A stretch of DNA of 64,000 bases from contig JAFYLH010000011.1 of NCBI GenBank assembly GCA_017537175.1, positions 323-64,322 of the forward strand, in the 5' to 3' direction. Positions 20,083-30,161 of this stretch are shown one piece after another. The stretch's first letter is position 1; every line of letters begins with the position of its first letter. The position numbers and the translations under genes are program-made. The notes under the pieces were generated by a model. That model did not search any database. It worked only from the letters and a program-made list of their open reading frames with translations, and was not told the origin of the DNA. This DNA comes from Clostridia bacterium (GTDB taxonomy: Bacteria; Bacillota; Clostridia; Oscillospirales; CAG-272).

Positions 20083-21418
20083 TTTTGTTTTCTCCTTTAA
20101 GCATGGAGGATATTTCGGTAATCTTTTCTATGGCTCTGTTTGCAAGAGCCTCGTTCTTAGCCGCCTTGCCGCCCTTGACCCGTTTTTCGAGAGGTCTGAC
20201 AATGCCAAAGTTTACATTCATGGGCTGGAAGCGGGTTACATTTTCATCGCTTACATAGTGGGCAAGCGCTCCGGTTGCAGTGATGTCGGGAAAATCGAAC
20301 AGGGGCATACCAAGGCACTGTCTTGCGGCATTTATACCGGCAACAAGACCGGAAGCGGTGCTTTCCACATAACCCTCAACACCTGTCATCTGTCCCGCAA
20401 AATATATCTCGGGATGCTTGCGCAGAGAATAATAGGGGGTAAGCAGCTTGGGTGAATTGATATAAGTATTTCTGTGCATAACACCGTAACGCAAAAATTC
20501 TGCATTTTCAAGACCCGGGATCATACGGAAAACACGCTTCTGCTCACCAAATGTAAGGTGGGTCTGGAAGCCTACGATATTATACATAGTTTTATCAAGG
20601 GTCTCCTGTCTGAGCTGAACCACCGCATAAGACTCGGTACCTTTGCGTTTGTCTATGAGACCGACAGGCTTCATAGGACCGAAACGGAGAGTATCATATC
20701 CGCGCTTAGCCATAACCTCAACAGGCATACAACCCTCAAATACAGTCAGATCACCCTGTTGTTCACGGTCAAACTCCTTTATCGGAGCCTCCTCGGCAGA
20801 TATAAGTGCCTCATAGAAGGCATCATATTCCTCCTTGGTCATAGGACAGTTGATATAGGAGGGTTCACCCTTGTCGTACCTTGAAGCATAAAAGGCCTTG
20901 TCAAAATCTATGGTTGATGCATCCACTATAGGAGCAGCCGCATCAAAGAAATGAAATTCCTTTTCGCAAAGCAGCGTCTTTAAATGCTCGGCAAGAGCAT
21001 CTGATGTAAGAGGTCCTGTGGCTATAACCGTGGGAATATCTGTGTCAATTGAAGAGACCTCTTCATCAATTACCTTTATAAGGGGATGGCTTGTAATCTT
21101 ATCTGTAATATAGGCAGAAAAAGCATCGCGGTCGACCGCAAGAGCCGAGCCTGCAGGTACTGCTGTAGCATCTGCGGCCTCCATAATAAGCGAACCCAGT
21201 AATCTCAACTCTTCCTTGAGAAGTCCTACTGCATTGGTCAATACAGCTGAGCGAAGGGAGTTGGAGCATACAAGCTCAGCGTATCCGTCTGCCTTGTGGG
21301 CAGGGGTCTTTTTGTGAGGCTTCATTTCATAAAGCTCAACTGCGACCCCCATATTTGCGATCTGCCAGGCTGCCTCACAGCCTGCAAGACCCGCACCTAT
21401 AACCTTAATTCTCTTCAT
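20066..21418 (-). CDS. trmFO: Methylenetetrahydrofolate--tRNA-(uracil-5-)-methyltransferase TrmFO
   Basis: [17 protein letters not shown] motif and overall TrmFO/Gid layout (450 aa). Confidence 0.95.
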   Translation of the reverse strand: MKRIKVIGAGLAGCEAAWQIANMGVAVELYEMKPHKKTPAHKADGYAELVCSNSLRSAVLTNAVGLLKEELRLLGSLIMEAADATAVPAGSALAVDRDAFSAYITDKITSHPLIKVIDEEVSSIDTDIPTVIATGPLTSDALAEHLKTLLCEKEFHFFDAAAPIVDASTIDFDKAFYASRYDKGEPSYINCPMTKEEYDAFYEALISAEEAPIKEFDREQQGDLTVFEGCMPVEVMAKRGYDTLRFGPMKPVGLIDKRKGTESYAVVQLRQETLDKTMYNIVGFQTHLTFGEQKRVFRMIPGLENAEFLRYGVMHRNTYINSPKLLTPYYSLRKHPEIYFAGQMTGVEGYVESTASGLVAGINAARQCLGMPLFDFPDITATGALAHYVSDENVTRFQPMNVNFGIVRPLEKRVKGGKAAKNEALANRAIEKITEISSMLKGENKNEDNY

Positions 21419-23648
21419 TTGAATTATCTTCTCTCTTATAACCGCAGGACTTGTCGTTGCAGACTATCAAATTTTTACCCTTCTTGCGGAACAGGGGCTT
21501 GCCGCAATCCGGACATCTGTCGCCTGTGGGCATATCCCAGGAGGAGAACTGACACTCGGGATATCTTTCACAGCTGTAGAAAAAGCTGTTGTTGCGTCCG
21601 TTCTTTGTTACTATTTTAGCGCCGCATTCGGGACAGGCAATACCTGTGTCCTTGGTTATACGCTTGGTGTTTTTACATTTGGGATAGTTTTCGCAGGCAT
21701 AGAAGGAGCCGTAACGACCGCTTCTGATAACCATTTCAGAACCGCAAAGCTCACACTTAAAGCCTGCCTTCTTAGCCTCTTCCTTTTCCTTTGCCTCAAC
21801 TACCTTTCCGTCCTTGCCTAAAGCCTTTGTGTTTTTACATTCGGGATAGTTGGGACAGGCAGCGAATTTACCAAATCTGCCGTTCTTGACGATCATTTTT
21901 GAGCCGCAAAGCTCACATACAATATCGGTTTCCTCTGCGGGAACCTCTATCTTTGCCATTTCTGCATTTGCCTTTTCAAGCTCTGTCGCAAAGGGTCCGT
22001 AGAAGTCGGAAAGAACTCCCAAAAGGGTGTTTTCGCCGCTTTCTATAGAGTCAAGTCGGTCCTCGAGGGATGCTGTAAACTTGTAGTCTACAATGTCAGG
22101 GAAGCTTTCCTTCATCAGCTTGGTGGTAACCTCACCCAAAGGAGTGGGCATAAGCACCTTTGCCTGACGCTTTACATAGTTTCTCTGGATGATTGTTGTA
22201 ATAATGGGAGAATAGGTACTGGGTCGGCCGATACCCATTTCCTCAAGGAATTTGATAAGCGAAGCCTCTGTGTATCTTGCGGGAGGCTCGGTGAAATGCT
22301 GCTCGGGCTTTACCTCAAGAGCAGAAAGCATCTGACCCTCTGTAAGCTCGGGAAGTGCATTGGAATCCTTGTCGCTGTCATTTTCCTGATAAATGGTAAG
22401 ATAACCGGGGAATTTGATAACAGATCCGGAGGCGTGGAATTCCTTACCCGATGCTACGATAGTTGCATTTACGGTGTCAAAGGTTGCACTTTCCATCTGA
22501 CTTGCAACAAATCGGCTCCAGATAAGTCTGTAGAGCTTATACTGGTCGGGGGTAAGATATTTACGGATAGAATCGGGGGTCAGGGTGACCTTTGAGGGTC
22601 TGATAGCCTCGTGTGCATCCTGTGCATTACCCTTGGTCTTATAAACTCTGGGGGTGGAGGGATAATAGCTTTCACCGTAGCTGCTGATAACATAGTCCTT
22701 TGCGGCAGCCTGTGCATCTGCGGAAATACGCAGGGAGTCGGTACGCATATAGGTAATAAGACCCTGTACACCGCCGTTCTTTGATCCGATGTTTATACCC
22801 TCATAAAGCTCCTGAGCCACCTTCATTATTCTCTGTATCTGGAATCCCAGCTTTCTTGCGGCTTCCTGCTGCATTGTTGAAGTGATGAAGGGGGGGAGAG
22901 GATTCTTTGTTCTTACAGCCTTCTTGACGGTGTCTACTACAAAGGGCTTACCATCTATTACATCAAGAACAGCGCGGGCATCTGCTTCGTTTTTAAGCTC
23001 CTGCTTTTTGCCGTTTTCGCCGTAGAACTTAGCCTTAAAGCTCTTGTTGTCCTCGGCTTCAAGCAAAGCCTCTATTGTCCAGTATTCTTCGGGGGTAAAG
23101 GCTCTGATCTCTTCCTCCCGTTCTACTATGATACGGGTAGCAACAGACTGTACGCGCCCTGCCGAGAGACCGCTCTTAATAGACTTCCAAAGAATCGGAC
23201 TTATCTTATAGCCTACGATACGGTCAAGGATTCGTCTTGCCTGCTGAGAGTTTACAAGATCCATATCTATATCACGGGGCGATTTGATTGCGGATTTGAT
23301 AGCGGATTTGGTAACCTCGTTAAAGGTTATTCTCTTTGCCTTTGAGGAATCTAACTCAAGGGCATTAGCAAGATGCCAGGATATAGCTTCTCCCTCGCGG
23401 TCAGGGTCGGTTGCGAGGAATACTTTGTTTGCCTTTTTAGCTTCTTTTTTAAGCTCTTTTATGAGGTCGCCCTTACCTCTTATGTTGATGTAACGGGCAT
23501 CAAAATTATTATCTATGTCTACTCCAAGTGTGCTTTTGGGAAGATCTCTTACATGACCCTTGGAGGCTACGACCTTATAGCCTGAGCCAAGATATCCCTT
23601 TATAGTACTTGCCTTGGAGGGTGACTCCACAATTACCAGATTTGACAT
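21405..23648 (-). CDS. topA: DNA topoisomerase I
   Basis: [10 protein letters not shown] Toprim start, YMRTDS active-site Tyr region, and four C-terminal CxxC...CxxC zinc ribbons. Confidence 0.97.
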   Translation of the reverse strand: MSNLVIVESPSKASTIKGYLGSGYKVVASKGHVRDLPKSTLGVDIDNNFDARYINIRGKGDLIKELKKEAKKANKVFLATDPDREGEAISWHLANALELDSSKAKRITFNEVTKSAIKSAIKSPRDIDMDLVNSQQARRILDRIVGYKISPILWKSIKSGLSAGRVQSVATRIIVEREEEIRAFTPEEYWTIEALLEAEDNKSFKAKFYGENGKKQELKNEADARAVLDVIDGKPFVVDTVKKAVRTKNPLPPFITSTMQQEAARKLGFQIQRIMKVAQELYEGINIGSKNGGVQGLITYMRTDSLRISADAQAAAKDYVISSYGESYYPSTPRVYKTKGNAQDAHEAIRPSKVTLTPDSIRKYLTPDQYKLYRLIWSRFVASQMESATFDTVNATIVASGKEFHASGSVIKFPGYLTIYQENDSDKDSNALPELTEGQMLSALEVKPEQHFTEPPARYTEASLIKFLEEMGIGRPSTYSPIITTIIQRNYVKRQAKVLMPTPLGEVTTKLMKESFPDIVDYKFTASLEDRLDSIESGENTLLGVLSDFYGPFATELEKANAEMAKIEVPAEETDIVCELCGSKMIVKNGRFGKFAACPNYPECKNTKALGKDGKVVEAKEKEEAKKAGFKCELCGSEMVIRSGRYGSFYACENYPKCKNTKRITKDTGIACPECGAKIVTKNGRNNSFFYSCERYPECQFSSWDMPTGDRCPDCGKPLFRKKGKNLIVCNDKSCGYKREDNSNEEN

Positions 23649-23662
23649 TATTTTTCCTTTCG

Positions 23663-24832
23663 TTATTTCTTTGTGTATGCATTACCGGGATGGGATACAA
23701 CATACCCTGACAGCTCAAGCATGGTTAGGGCAGTTATAATTTCGCTGTAGCTCACACCGGGAAGGGACAGCTGCTCGGCAGAAACGGGAATGTCTGTATC
23801 GAGCATTCCGTAAATTTCTTTTTGCAGACTGTCTGTCAAAGGGATGATCTTATCGGCTTGCTTTTTACCGTAGGAATCCCTGTTAATTTTCTTTGGTGAA
23901 TAATCAAAAATTCTGTCATTTTTGATATCAAGAGGGTACATATCCTTATATTCATCAAGAATATCGGATGCCTTTGTTATCATAGTACTCCCGTCCTTTA
24001 TCAGATCGTTAGTACCTATTGAGCCCTGTTCGCCTATCTTGCCGGGCAAAGCAAAGACCCGTCTGCCTTGCTTAATTGCATACTCGGCGGTTATAAGAGA
24101 ACCGCTTTTGCCATTTGCCTCAAATACTGCAGTCGCCTGACAAAGACCTGATATTATACGGTTCCTTTTGGGGAAGTTTATTGCCTTTGTATCATGGAAC
24201 GGATGATACTCGGTGATAAGCAGGGCTTTTCTTGCTATCTCTCTCATGATATCCCGGTTTTCGGCGGGATATACCTTATCTATCCTGGTTCCCAAAACAG
24301 CAATAGTCCTGCCGCCGGCATCAAGAGCTGCACGGTGACAGACAGTATCTATACCTGTAGCCAGACCCGAAACTATAACCGCACCGCTACGAGCAAGGTC
24401 ATAGGACAGGGAATAGGCGGTATCATGACCGTATTTTGTCATGCTTCTTGTTCCTACTCCGGCAACACAAAGTGAGCTGTCAATATCGTAGAGCTCACCG
24501 ATGTAATAGAGCACGGGCGGCCAATCTGTAAGAGATTTAAGCCTTTGGGGATAGCCGCTGTCGTCATAGGTGAGTATCTTGACTCTTTTGGCATGACACC
24601 ATTCAATGATAGATTCTGCCGTATCAAGAGATTTATCCCTCATACTAAAGAGTTTTTTGGGAGATACATTAGCAGCTTTATATGCCGTATCGTCTGCTTC
24701 ATATATCGCTTTTATATCCCCATCAAAGTGGGTGATCAGTTTGCGTGGAAGGGTTGAAGCAGCGCCTGCAACAAGAGAAAGCCATATCCAATAGATGTTA
24801 TTGTTCATATTTTGCATTTTGATATTTCCCAC
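23663..24832 (-). CDS. dprA: DNA processing protein DprA (Smf)
   Basis: GLATGIDTVCHRAAL...AVLGTRIDKVYPAEN Rossmann-like DprA core. The start is uncertain, with in-frame ATGs at 24832, 24817 and 24808. Confidence 0.88.
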   Translation of the reverse strand: MGNIKMQNMNNNIYWIWLSLVAGAASTLPRKLITHFDGDIKAIYEADDTAYKAANVSPKKLFSMRDKSLDTAESIIEWCHAKRVKILTYDDSGYPQRLKSLTDWPPVLYYIGELYDIDSSLCVAGVGTRSMTKYGHDTAYSLSYDLARSGAVIVSGLATGIDTVCHRAALDAGGRTIAVLGTRIDKVYPAENRDIMREIARKALLITEYHPFHDTKAINFPKRNRIISGLCQATAVFEANGKSGSLITAEYAIKQGRRVFALPGKIGEQGSIGTNDLIKDGSTMITKASDILDEYKDMYPLDIKNDRIFDYSPKKINRDSYGKKQADKIIPLTDSLQKEIYGMLDTDIPVSAEQLSLPGVSYSEIITALTMLELSGYVVSHPGNAYTKK

Positions 24833-25572
24833 ATCAGTACAGATGCCGCGACAGATGCATTAAGCGACTCTGTGTCTCCCTGCATCGGGATAATGACCGA
24901 AGTCTTGCAATGTTCGGTGACCTGCTGTGATATGCCGTGTCCTTCGTTTCCGACGATAAAAACCGTCTTTTGATTGATCTTTGTGTTCGACAGAGAGAGA
25001 CTGTTGTCTGAAAGTGTTGTGGGAAGAACTCTGTAGCCCATATTTGTAAGTGTATCGATAGTTGAGATTATATCCTCACAGATCAGCATATTCTGTCGAA
25101 AAAACGCTCCCATGGTTGAGCGGATGACCTTGGGGTTATATATATCCGCACAGCTATGGAGAATGAGTGTATCTATACCAAACGCTCTGGCGGAACGGAT
25201 ACAGGTGCCTATGTTTCCGGGATCCCTGACTTCGGAAAGGATAAAGCAGCTGCCCTTTATACATGCCGGCTCCGTGGGTATTTTGGCAACCGCAAAGATA
25301 CCGTCAGGTGCCTTGTCCTCGGTGAGCTTTGCATATACACTTTCGGTTACAGTATATATTGAAGCATCTGTTCTGTCAAGAAGATTTTTGACGGTTTCGG
25401 AATAATTTTCCCGTGCAAAAACCTTTACAATGGGTGTACCGCTTGTCAGAGCCTCTTCAAAAAGCTTACGTCCCTCAAAGCAATACAGTCCTGTAAGCTC
25501 ACGGTATTTTCTATCCTTTAATTTAGCTGCTTCGATTATGGTTCTGTTGTTTCTTGAAGTAATATATTCCAT
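24805..25572 (-). CDS. TrmH/SpoU family RNA 2'-O-methyltransferase
   Basis: C-terminal SPOUT blocks VGNEGHGIS and LNASVAASVLMWE. Start MEYITS at 25572 was chosen because the longer ORF would run through the rplT terminator hairpin. Confidence 0.85.
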   Translation of the reverse strand: MEYITSRNNRTIIEAAKLKDRKYRELTGLYCFEGRKLFEEALTSGTPIVKVFARENYSETVKNLLDRTDASIYTVTESVYAKLTEDKAPDGIFAVAKIPTEPACIKGSCFILSEVRDPGNIGTCIRSARAFGIDTLILHSCADIYNPKVIRSTMGAFFRQNMLICEDIISTIDTLTNMGYRVLPTTLSDNSLSLSNTKINQKTVFIVGNEGHGISQQVTEHCKTSVIIPMQGDTESLNASVAASVLMWEISKCKI

Positions 25573-25578
25573 ACCTTT

Positions 25579-25616
25579 AAAACGACGAAATCCCACAGGC
25601 GCGTACGCCTGTGGGA
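25579..25616 (-). terminator. Rho-independent terminator of the infC-rpmI-rplT operon
   Basis: tcccacaggcg / cgcctgtggga 11-bp stem with 4-nt loop, followed on the minus strand by tttcgtcgtttt. Confidence 0.8.
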
Positions 25617-25628
25617 TATTTGTGTTAA

Positions 25629-25982
25629 TTATAATGCAGCCTTAGCCTGCTCAACGAGAGCAGCAAAAGCTTCCTTGTCGGATACTGCAAGCTCAGCAAG
25701 CATCTTTCTGTTGAGGTCGATACCAGCCTTCTTGAGACCGTGCATAAACTGAGAATAGTTGATGCCGTTAACCTTTGCCTGAGCAGAGATACGGGTGATC
25801 CAGAGAGAACGGAAGTCTCTCTTCTTCATCTTTCTGCCTGCAAAAGCGTAGTTACCGCTCTTGAGTACCTGCTGCTTAGCCATCTTGAAGTGCTTGGACT
25901 TAGCACCCCAGTAACCCTTTGCGAGCTTTAAAACTTTATTTCTTCTCTTGCGCGTCATCATAGCGCCTTTAACTCTTGCCAT
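25629..25982 (-). CDS. rplT: 50S ribosomal protein L20
   Basis: [26 protein letters not shown]... is a canonical L20 N-terminus. Confidence 0.97.
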   Translation of the reverse strand: MARVKGAMMTRKRRNKVLKLAKGYWGAKSKHFKMAKQQVLKSGNYAFAGRKMKKRDFRSLWITRISAQAKVNGINYSQFMHGLKKAGIDLNRKMLAELAVSDKEAFAALVEQAKAAL

Positions 25983-26022
25983 TTTATAAATCCTCCGTTA
26001 AACTGAAATTCGATGTTTGTTT

Positions 26023-26220
26023 TTATGCGTAGGGCATAAGCTTCTTGATAGCGGGTGCCATAGACTCGCTGAGGTAGCCAGCCTTTCTGAGGTGCATCTT
26101 ACGCTTAGAAGCCTTGAGACCGAGCTTATGACGACGGTCAGTGTGGTTCATCTTTACCTTACCGGTAGCTGTAAACTTAAATCTTTTGGCAGTAGCCTTA
26201 TGTGTTTTGATCTTTCCCAT
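26023..26220 (-). CDS. rpmI: 50S ribosomal protein L35
   Basis: MGKIKTHKATAKRFKFTATGKV... is a canonical L35. Confidence 0.95.
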   Translation of the reverse strand: MGKIKTHKATAKRFKFTATGKVKMNHTDRRHKLGLKASKRKMHLRKAGYLSESMAPAIKKLMPYA

Positions 26221-26243
26221 GGTGAGAAACTCCTTTCAATTAT

Positions 26244-26795
26244 TTACTGTTTAGTGGTTTTTGTGGTCTGAGGTGCTAAGAACATAGAGAGGAAACGACC
26301 CTCAAGCTTAGGCTGCTTGTCAACTATACAAACATCCTCGCAAGCGGCAGAGAACCGAGCGAGCAATTCCTGACCTATTTCCTGATGTGTCATCTGACGA
26401 CCCTTAAATCTAACAACAACCTTTACCTTGTCACCGCGGGTAAGAAAGCCTCTTGCACGGTTTACTTTGGTGTTAAAGTCGTTTGTATCAATGCGAACGG
26501 AAAGCTGAATTTCCTTGATCTCGACAACCTGCTGCTTTTTCTTGGCATCCTTTTCGCGCTTGTCGCGCTCGTAGCGGTATTTACCGTAATCCATAATACG
26601 GCATACAGGCGGTTCTGCCTGCGCTGCTATAAGTACCAGATCCAGACCGGCTTCATCTGCCATGTCAAGTGCTCTGTTAAAGGATACAAGGCCGAGCTGT
26701 TCGTTGTCGGCACCGATGATACGAACTTCCTTGGAGCCATCGAAATTGATCTTTTCGTTGATGAGAAGCTCCTTTGAGTTATTGTTGTTTTTTAT
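26244..26795 (-). CDS. infC: Translation initiation factor IF-3, probable non-AUG (AUA) start
   Basis: INEKI...VRIIGADNEQLG...GLDLVLIA...PPVCRIMDYGKYRYE is canonical IF-3. The ATG-initiated 229-aa ORF adds an implausible Cys/Phe-rich extension that runs through a terminator hairpin. ATA at 26795 lies 7 nt after GGGGGTG and gives a normal N-terminal length. ATC at 26762 (after AAGGAG) is an alternative start. Confidence 0.85.
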   Translation of the reverse strand: MKNNNNSKELLINEKINFDGSKEVRIIGADNEQLGLVSFNRALDMADEAGLDLVLIAAQAEPPVCRIMDYGKYRYERDKREKDAKKKQQVVEIKEIQLSVRIDTNDFNTKVNRARGFLTRGDKVKVVVRFKGRQMTHQEIGQELLARFSAACEDVCIVDKQPKLEGRFLSMFLAPQTTKTTKQ

Positions 26796-26937
26796 AGGAA
26801 AGCACCCCCAGATAAAATAAAAAAATGTGCGAAAGCAAACTTTCCGCACAAACAGTATCCTCCCACAGGGAAGAAGTGTTATTGACCCACGCTTTGTTTC
26901 GGTTACGGGGTGAGAACGGAAGTTCTGCTTCATTTAC
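26796..26937 (-). promoter_or_regulatory. infC operon leader; L20-leader-like transcription attenuation region (inferred)
   Basis: An untranslated region of about 140 nt lies between a consensus-like promoter and infC and ends in an intrinsic terminator. In Bacillus the equivalent leader is bound by L20 to cause termination. I could not verify the L20-binding fold by eye. Confidence 0.45.
26811..26850 (-). terminator. Attenuator terminator inside the infC leader
   Basis: Minus strand: tgtgcggaaag / ctttcgcaca stem (10 bp with a 1-nt bulge) and tttg loop, followed by tttttttattttatc. It lies only about 15-55 nt upstream of the proposed infC start. Confidence 0.65.
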
Positions 26938-26943
26938 CGGTAA

Positions 26944-26972
26944 AGTATACCACACCCTATCCTACTTGTCAA
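26944..26972 (-). promoter_or_regulatory. Promoter of the infC-rpmI-rplT operon
   Basis: Minus strand reads TTGACA - 17 nt - TATACT with TGg immediately upstream of the -10 (extended -10). Confidence 0.6.
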
Positions 26973-27009
26973 GGGGTTTTATAAATTTTCAAAAAAAATA
27001 TTTTTCCCC

Positions 27010-27038
27010 TTGAAAACAGGGAAAGAATAATATATAAT
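27010..27038 (+). promoter_or_regulatory. Promoter of the plus-strand operon starting at 27075
   Basis: TTGAAA - 17 nt - TATAAT; divergent from the infC promoter. Confidence 0.65.
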
Positions 27039-27074
27039 GAAAGTTAATCTAAAGATTAAACGAGGTATTTTGCA

Positions 27075-27821
27075 ATGGAATACGGATTGCAGCTGTACAG
27101 TGTCAGAGATTTTAATGAGGACTTTGATTACTGCTTTTCAAGACTTAACGAGTTCAAATATAAATTTGTCGAATTTGCAAGCACTGCGGGTAAAACCGCA
27201 GATGAGCTCAAGGCTCTGCTTGAAAAATGGGATATGACAGTTATCGGTGCCCATGTAAGCGCAGATGATATTGTAGCCGATTTTGACGGCGTTGTCAAGT
27301 TCCACAAGGCACTTGGCAATACAAACATAGTTATTCCCGCCTATCATATCCGTCACAATGAGGGTCTTTACAGGCTTGTTGAGATCATAAACGAGTACCA
27401 GCCTAAGTTTGAGGCCGAGGGTATGAAGCTTCATTACCATAACCACGAGGATGAGTTCAAGCCCAACAAGGATGGCACCGTACCCTTTGAGGTATTAAAG
27501 AATGAAACCAATGTCCTTTTTGAGGTCGACACCTTCTGGGTGTTCTATGCAGGACTTGACCCCGTAGCCTTTGTTAAGGAAAATATAGACCGTATAGAGC
27601 TGCTTCACATCAAGGACGGTCTTACCGATCGCAGAGAGGGTAGACCCTTAGGCGAGGGTAAGGCACCTGTCAAGGACTGTGTAAATATGGCTCTTGAGCT
27701 TGATCTCCCCATCATCGTTGAAAGCGAGGGTCTTGTTCCCAACGGTATTATGGAAGCAAAGAAGTGCTACAAGTTCTTACGCAAGATGGACGAGGAAAAG
27801 TCGGAGGCACAGAATGGCTAA
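27075..27821 (+). CDS. Sugar phosphate isomerase/epimerase (xylose isomerase-like TIM barrel)
   Basis: MEYGLQLYSVRD start and HYHNHEDEF and HIKD metal-ligand blocks typical of the AP_endonuc_2 / IolE-like fold. Confidence 0.8.
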   Translation: MEYGLQLYSVRDFNEDFDYCFSRLNEFKYKFVEFASTAGKTADELKALLEKWDMTVIGAHVSADDIVADFDGVVKFHKALGNTNIVIPAYHIRHNEGLYRLVEIINEYQPKFEAEGMKLHYHNHEDEFKPNKDGTVPFEVLKNETNVLFEVDTFWVFYAGLDPVAFVKENIDRIELLHIKDGLTDRREGRPLGEGKAPVKDCVNMALELDLPIIVESEGLVPNGIMEAKKCYKFLRKMDEEKSEAQNG

Positions 27822-28392
27822 GCAGAGCTGGAAGGGCTCGGCTCAGCTTTCTCCCGTACCCTGTGTACTTGTATCAAGCGGTACGGTAGAAAAGCCCAAT
27901 GTGTTTACGGTAGGCTGGACCGGTATAATCAATTCACAGCCCCCGAGGCTTTATGTATCCATCCGCCCTGAGAGATATTCCTATGAGCTTATAAAGGAAA
28001 GCCGTGAGCTTGTGGTGAATCTGCCAACCGCTGCTATGACCCGCTCTGTTGACCTCTGCGGTGTCCGTAGCGGAAGGGATATGGATAAGTTCCAACATTG
28101 CGGTTTTACTCCGTTTAAGGGCACGGAGGTGGATACTCCACTAATAGAGGAATGCCCCATAGCCCTTGAATGTAAGGTCTTTGATATAATCCCTCTCGGT
28201 ACCCACGATATGTTCTTGTGTGATATTGTGGCTGTCGATGTTGAGGAGAGCCTTCTTGATGAAAAAGGTAAGCTCCGTATGGAAAAGTGCAATCTTATTG
28301 CGTATTCCCACGGTGACTATATGGCAATTGGCAAAAAATTGGGTAGCTTTGGCTATTCTGTAAGAAAAAAGAGAAATGTAAGGAAAAAGTAA
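27814..28392 (+). CDS. Flavin reductase-like (flavoredoxin) domain protein
   Basis: PVPCVLVSSG...NVFTVGWTG...PPRLYVSIRPERYSYELI pattern of the FMN-binding split barrel. ATG at 27814 overlaps the upstream stop. Confidence 0.8.
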   Translation: MAKQSWKGSAQLSPVPCVLVSSGTVEKPNVFTVGWTGIINSQPPRLYVSIRPERYSYELIKESRELVVNLPTAAMTRSVDLCGVRSGRDMDKFQHCGFTPFKGTEVDTPLIEECPIALECKVFDIIPLGTHDMFLCDIVAVDVEESLLDEKGKLRMEKCNLIAYSHGDYMAIGKKLGSFGYSVRKKRNVRKK

Positions 28393-30005
28393 TGGAAACT
28401 AAAAAAGATTGGTATAAAGACGCGGTTGTTTATCAGATATATCCCAAGAGCTTTTGCGACTCTAACGGTGACGGTATCGGCGATTTCCGCGGTATTATTA
28501 GTAAGCTTGACTATTTAAAGGAGCTGGGTGTAAACACCGTATGGATCTCGCCCTGCTATCCTACACCCGACAAGGATAACGGATACGATATATCCGACTT
28601 TGACAATGTTGACCCCAAGTTTGGTACAATGGAGGACTTTGAGGAGATGCTTGACGAGATGCATAAGAGAGGTATCCGCCTTCTTATGGACCTTGTTGTA
28701 AACCACACCTCTGACGAGCACGAGTGGTTCAAGAGCGCAATTCAGGGTAAGGATGCACCCTACCGTGATTACTATATCTGGAAGGACCCCGTAAACGGCG
28801 GACCTCCAAATAAATGGGGCGGCGATGCCATAGGCGGCTCTGCCTGGATATATGATGAAAAGAGTGGTCAGTACTATCTCCATGTAGGCTTCCACTATCA
28901 GCCCGACCTTGATTGGGAAAACCCCAAGGTTCGTGACGAGATAGCAAATATGATCAACCGTTGGTTCGACCGTGGTGTTGACGGCTTCCGCTGTGATGTT
29001 ATCAATATGATATCCAAGGACTTTGAAGCAGAGCATCCGGGTGACGGACCCAGACTCCATGAGTTCTTACACGAGCTCCACGAAAGATGCTTTGGTCCTC
29101 ACAATGCATTTACCGTAGGCGAGGTTTGGGATCTTCCGCCCGAGGCTTCCCTTATGCTTACAGCACCCGAGCGCGAGGAGCTTACTCTTGCATTCCAGTT
29201 TGAGCATATGAGAGAGGGAAGAGAAAAGGGTCTGCGCTTCTATCCCGCAGAGTTTGATCCCCATAAGTTCGTTGCAACCATGGCAAAGTGGCAGGCAGGT
29301 CTTAACGGTAAGGGTTGGAACGCTCTTTGTATAGAGAACCACGACCAGCCCAGATCTATAGACCGTTTCGGCTCTAAGAAATACAGACGTGAGTCTGCTA
29401 AGCTTCTTGCAACCCTTACATACTGTATGCAGGGAACACCCTTCATTTACGAAGGACAGGAGCTCGGTAATATCAACCCCGTATTCCATACCCTTGATGA
29501 GAGTATTGATATTGAGTCTCAGAACAACCAGGATATTCTTATAAAGAAGTTTGGTGTTGAGGAGACCCTCAGAAGATTCTCCCTTGACAGCCGTGACTGC
29601 GGAAGAGTTCCCATGGCTTGGGATGACTCCGAGAATGGCGGCTTTACCACAGGTAAGCCCTGGATCAAGCTCAACGACTTCTATAAAGAGGTCAATGCCA
29701 AGAACGAGCTTGAGGCAGAGGATGGTGTATACGGCTATTTCAGCCGACTCTTTAAGATGCGTGCGAGCAACAAGACTCTTATGAGGGGTGACTTTGAGCT
29801 TGTAAAGAACGAGGGCGGCGCAGTTGTATACCGCAGATTCCTTAAGGGCGAAAAGGATGTTTATGTTGTGCTTAACTATTCAGACAAGCGCATCAGTATT
29901 GACAACCCCGTAAAGGGCGGTAAGTTCCTTATAACAAGCCATGACAGGAAGAGGGTTACCGATACATTCCGTATGAGACCCTGGGAATCTATCGTTATCG
30001 AATAA
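28392..30005 (+). CDS. GH13 alpha-glucosidase (oligo-1,6-glucosidase / glucan 1,6-alpha-glucosidase type)
   Basis: AVVYQIYPKSF, DLVVNHTSDEH, VDGFRCDVI, GEVW and ENHDQPR conserved regions of GH13 subfamily 31-like enzymes. Confidence 0.9.
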   Translation: METKKDWYKDAVVYQIYPKSFCDSNGDGIGDFRGIISKLDYLKELGVNTVWISPCYPTPDKDNGYDISDFDNVDPKFGTMEDFEEMLDEMHKRGIRLLMDLVVNHTSDEHEWFKSAIQGKDAPYRDYYIWKDPVNGGPPNKWGGDAIGGSAWIYDEKSGQYYLHVGFHYQPDLDWENPKVRDEIANMINRWFDRGVDGFRCDVINMISKDFEAEHPGDGPRLHEFLHELHERCFGPHNAFTVGEVWDLPPEASLMLTAPEREELTLAFQFEHMREGREKGLRFYPAEFDPHKFVATMAKWQAGLNGKGWNALCIENHDQPRSIDRFGSKKYRRESAKLLATLTYCMQGTPFIYEGQELGNINPVFHTLDESIDIESQNNQDILIKKFGVEETLRRFSLDSRDCGRVPMAWDDSENGGFTTGKPWIKLNDFYKEVNAKNELEAEDGVYGYFSRLFKMRASNKTLMRGDFELVKNEGGAVVYRRFLKGEKDVYVVLNYSDKRISIDNPVKGGKFLITSHDRKRVTDTFRMRPWESIVIE

Positions 30006-30161
30006 GTATATAAAATAATTGACAAAGGAGTGAAAAAAGTGGACACGGGCAGTAGTAGCCATAATAAACCCGGTGGGCGAGTGTTAATATATGTCGGTGT
30101 TCATTTTGAGCACCTGAATTGACATTCACCTCCTATACAAATTATAAAGGAGGAATTAATT

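Noticed and set aside
26796-26933. The N-terminal 46-aa extension of the infC ORF (229-aa version).
   Set aside because: The extension runs through an intrinsic terminator and the 5' leader. It is Cys/Phe-rich and unlike any IF-3 N-terminus, and a non-AUG start with an SD fits better.
26934-27074. The switch from a 23-kb minus-strand block to a 20-kb plus-strand block, considered as a possible replication origin.
   Set aside because: There is no dnaA, dnaN or gyrB nearby. I could find no TTATCCACA-type DnaA boxes in the 140-bp spacer. The spacer is fully explained by two back-to-back consensus promoters.
30006-30161. An M-box (ykoK) riboswitch upstream of mgtE.
   Set aside because: The conserved M-box sequence blocks are absent by eye. 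Only a short anti-SD complementarity is present, and that is reported separately as a low-interest finding.
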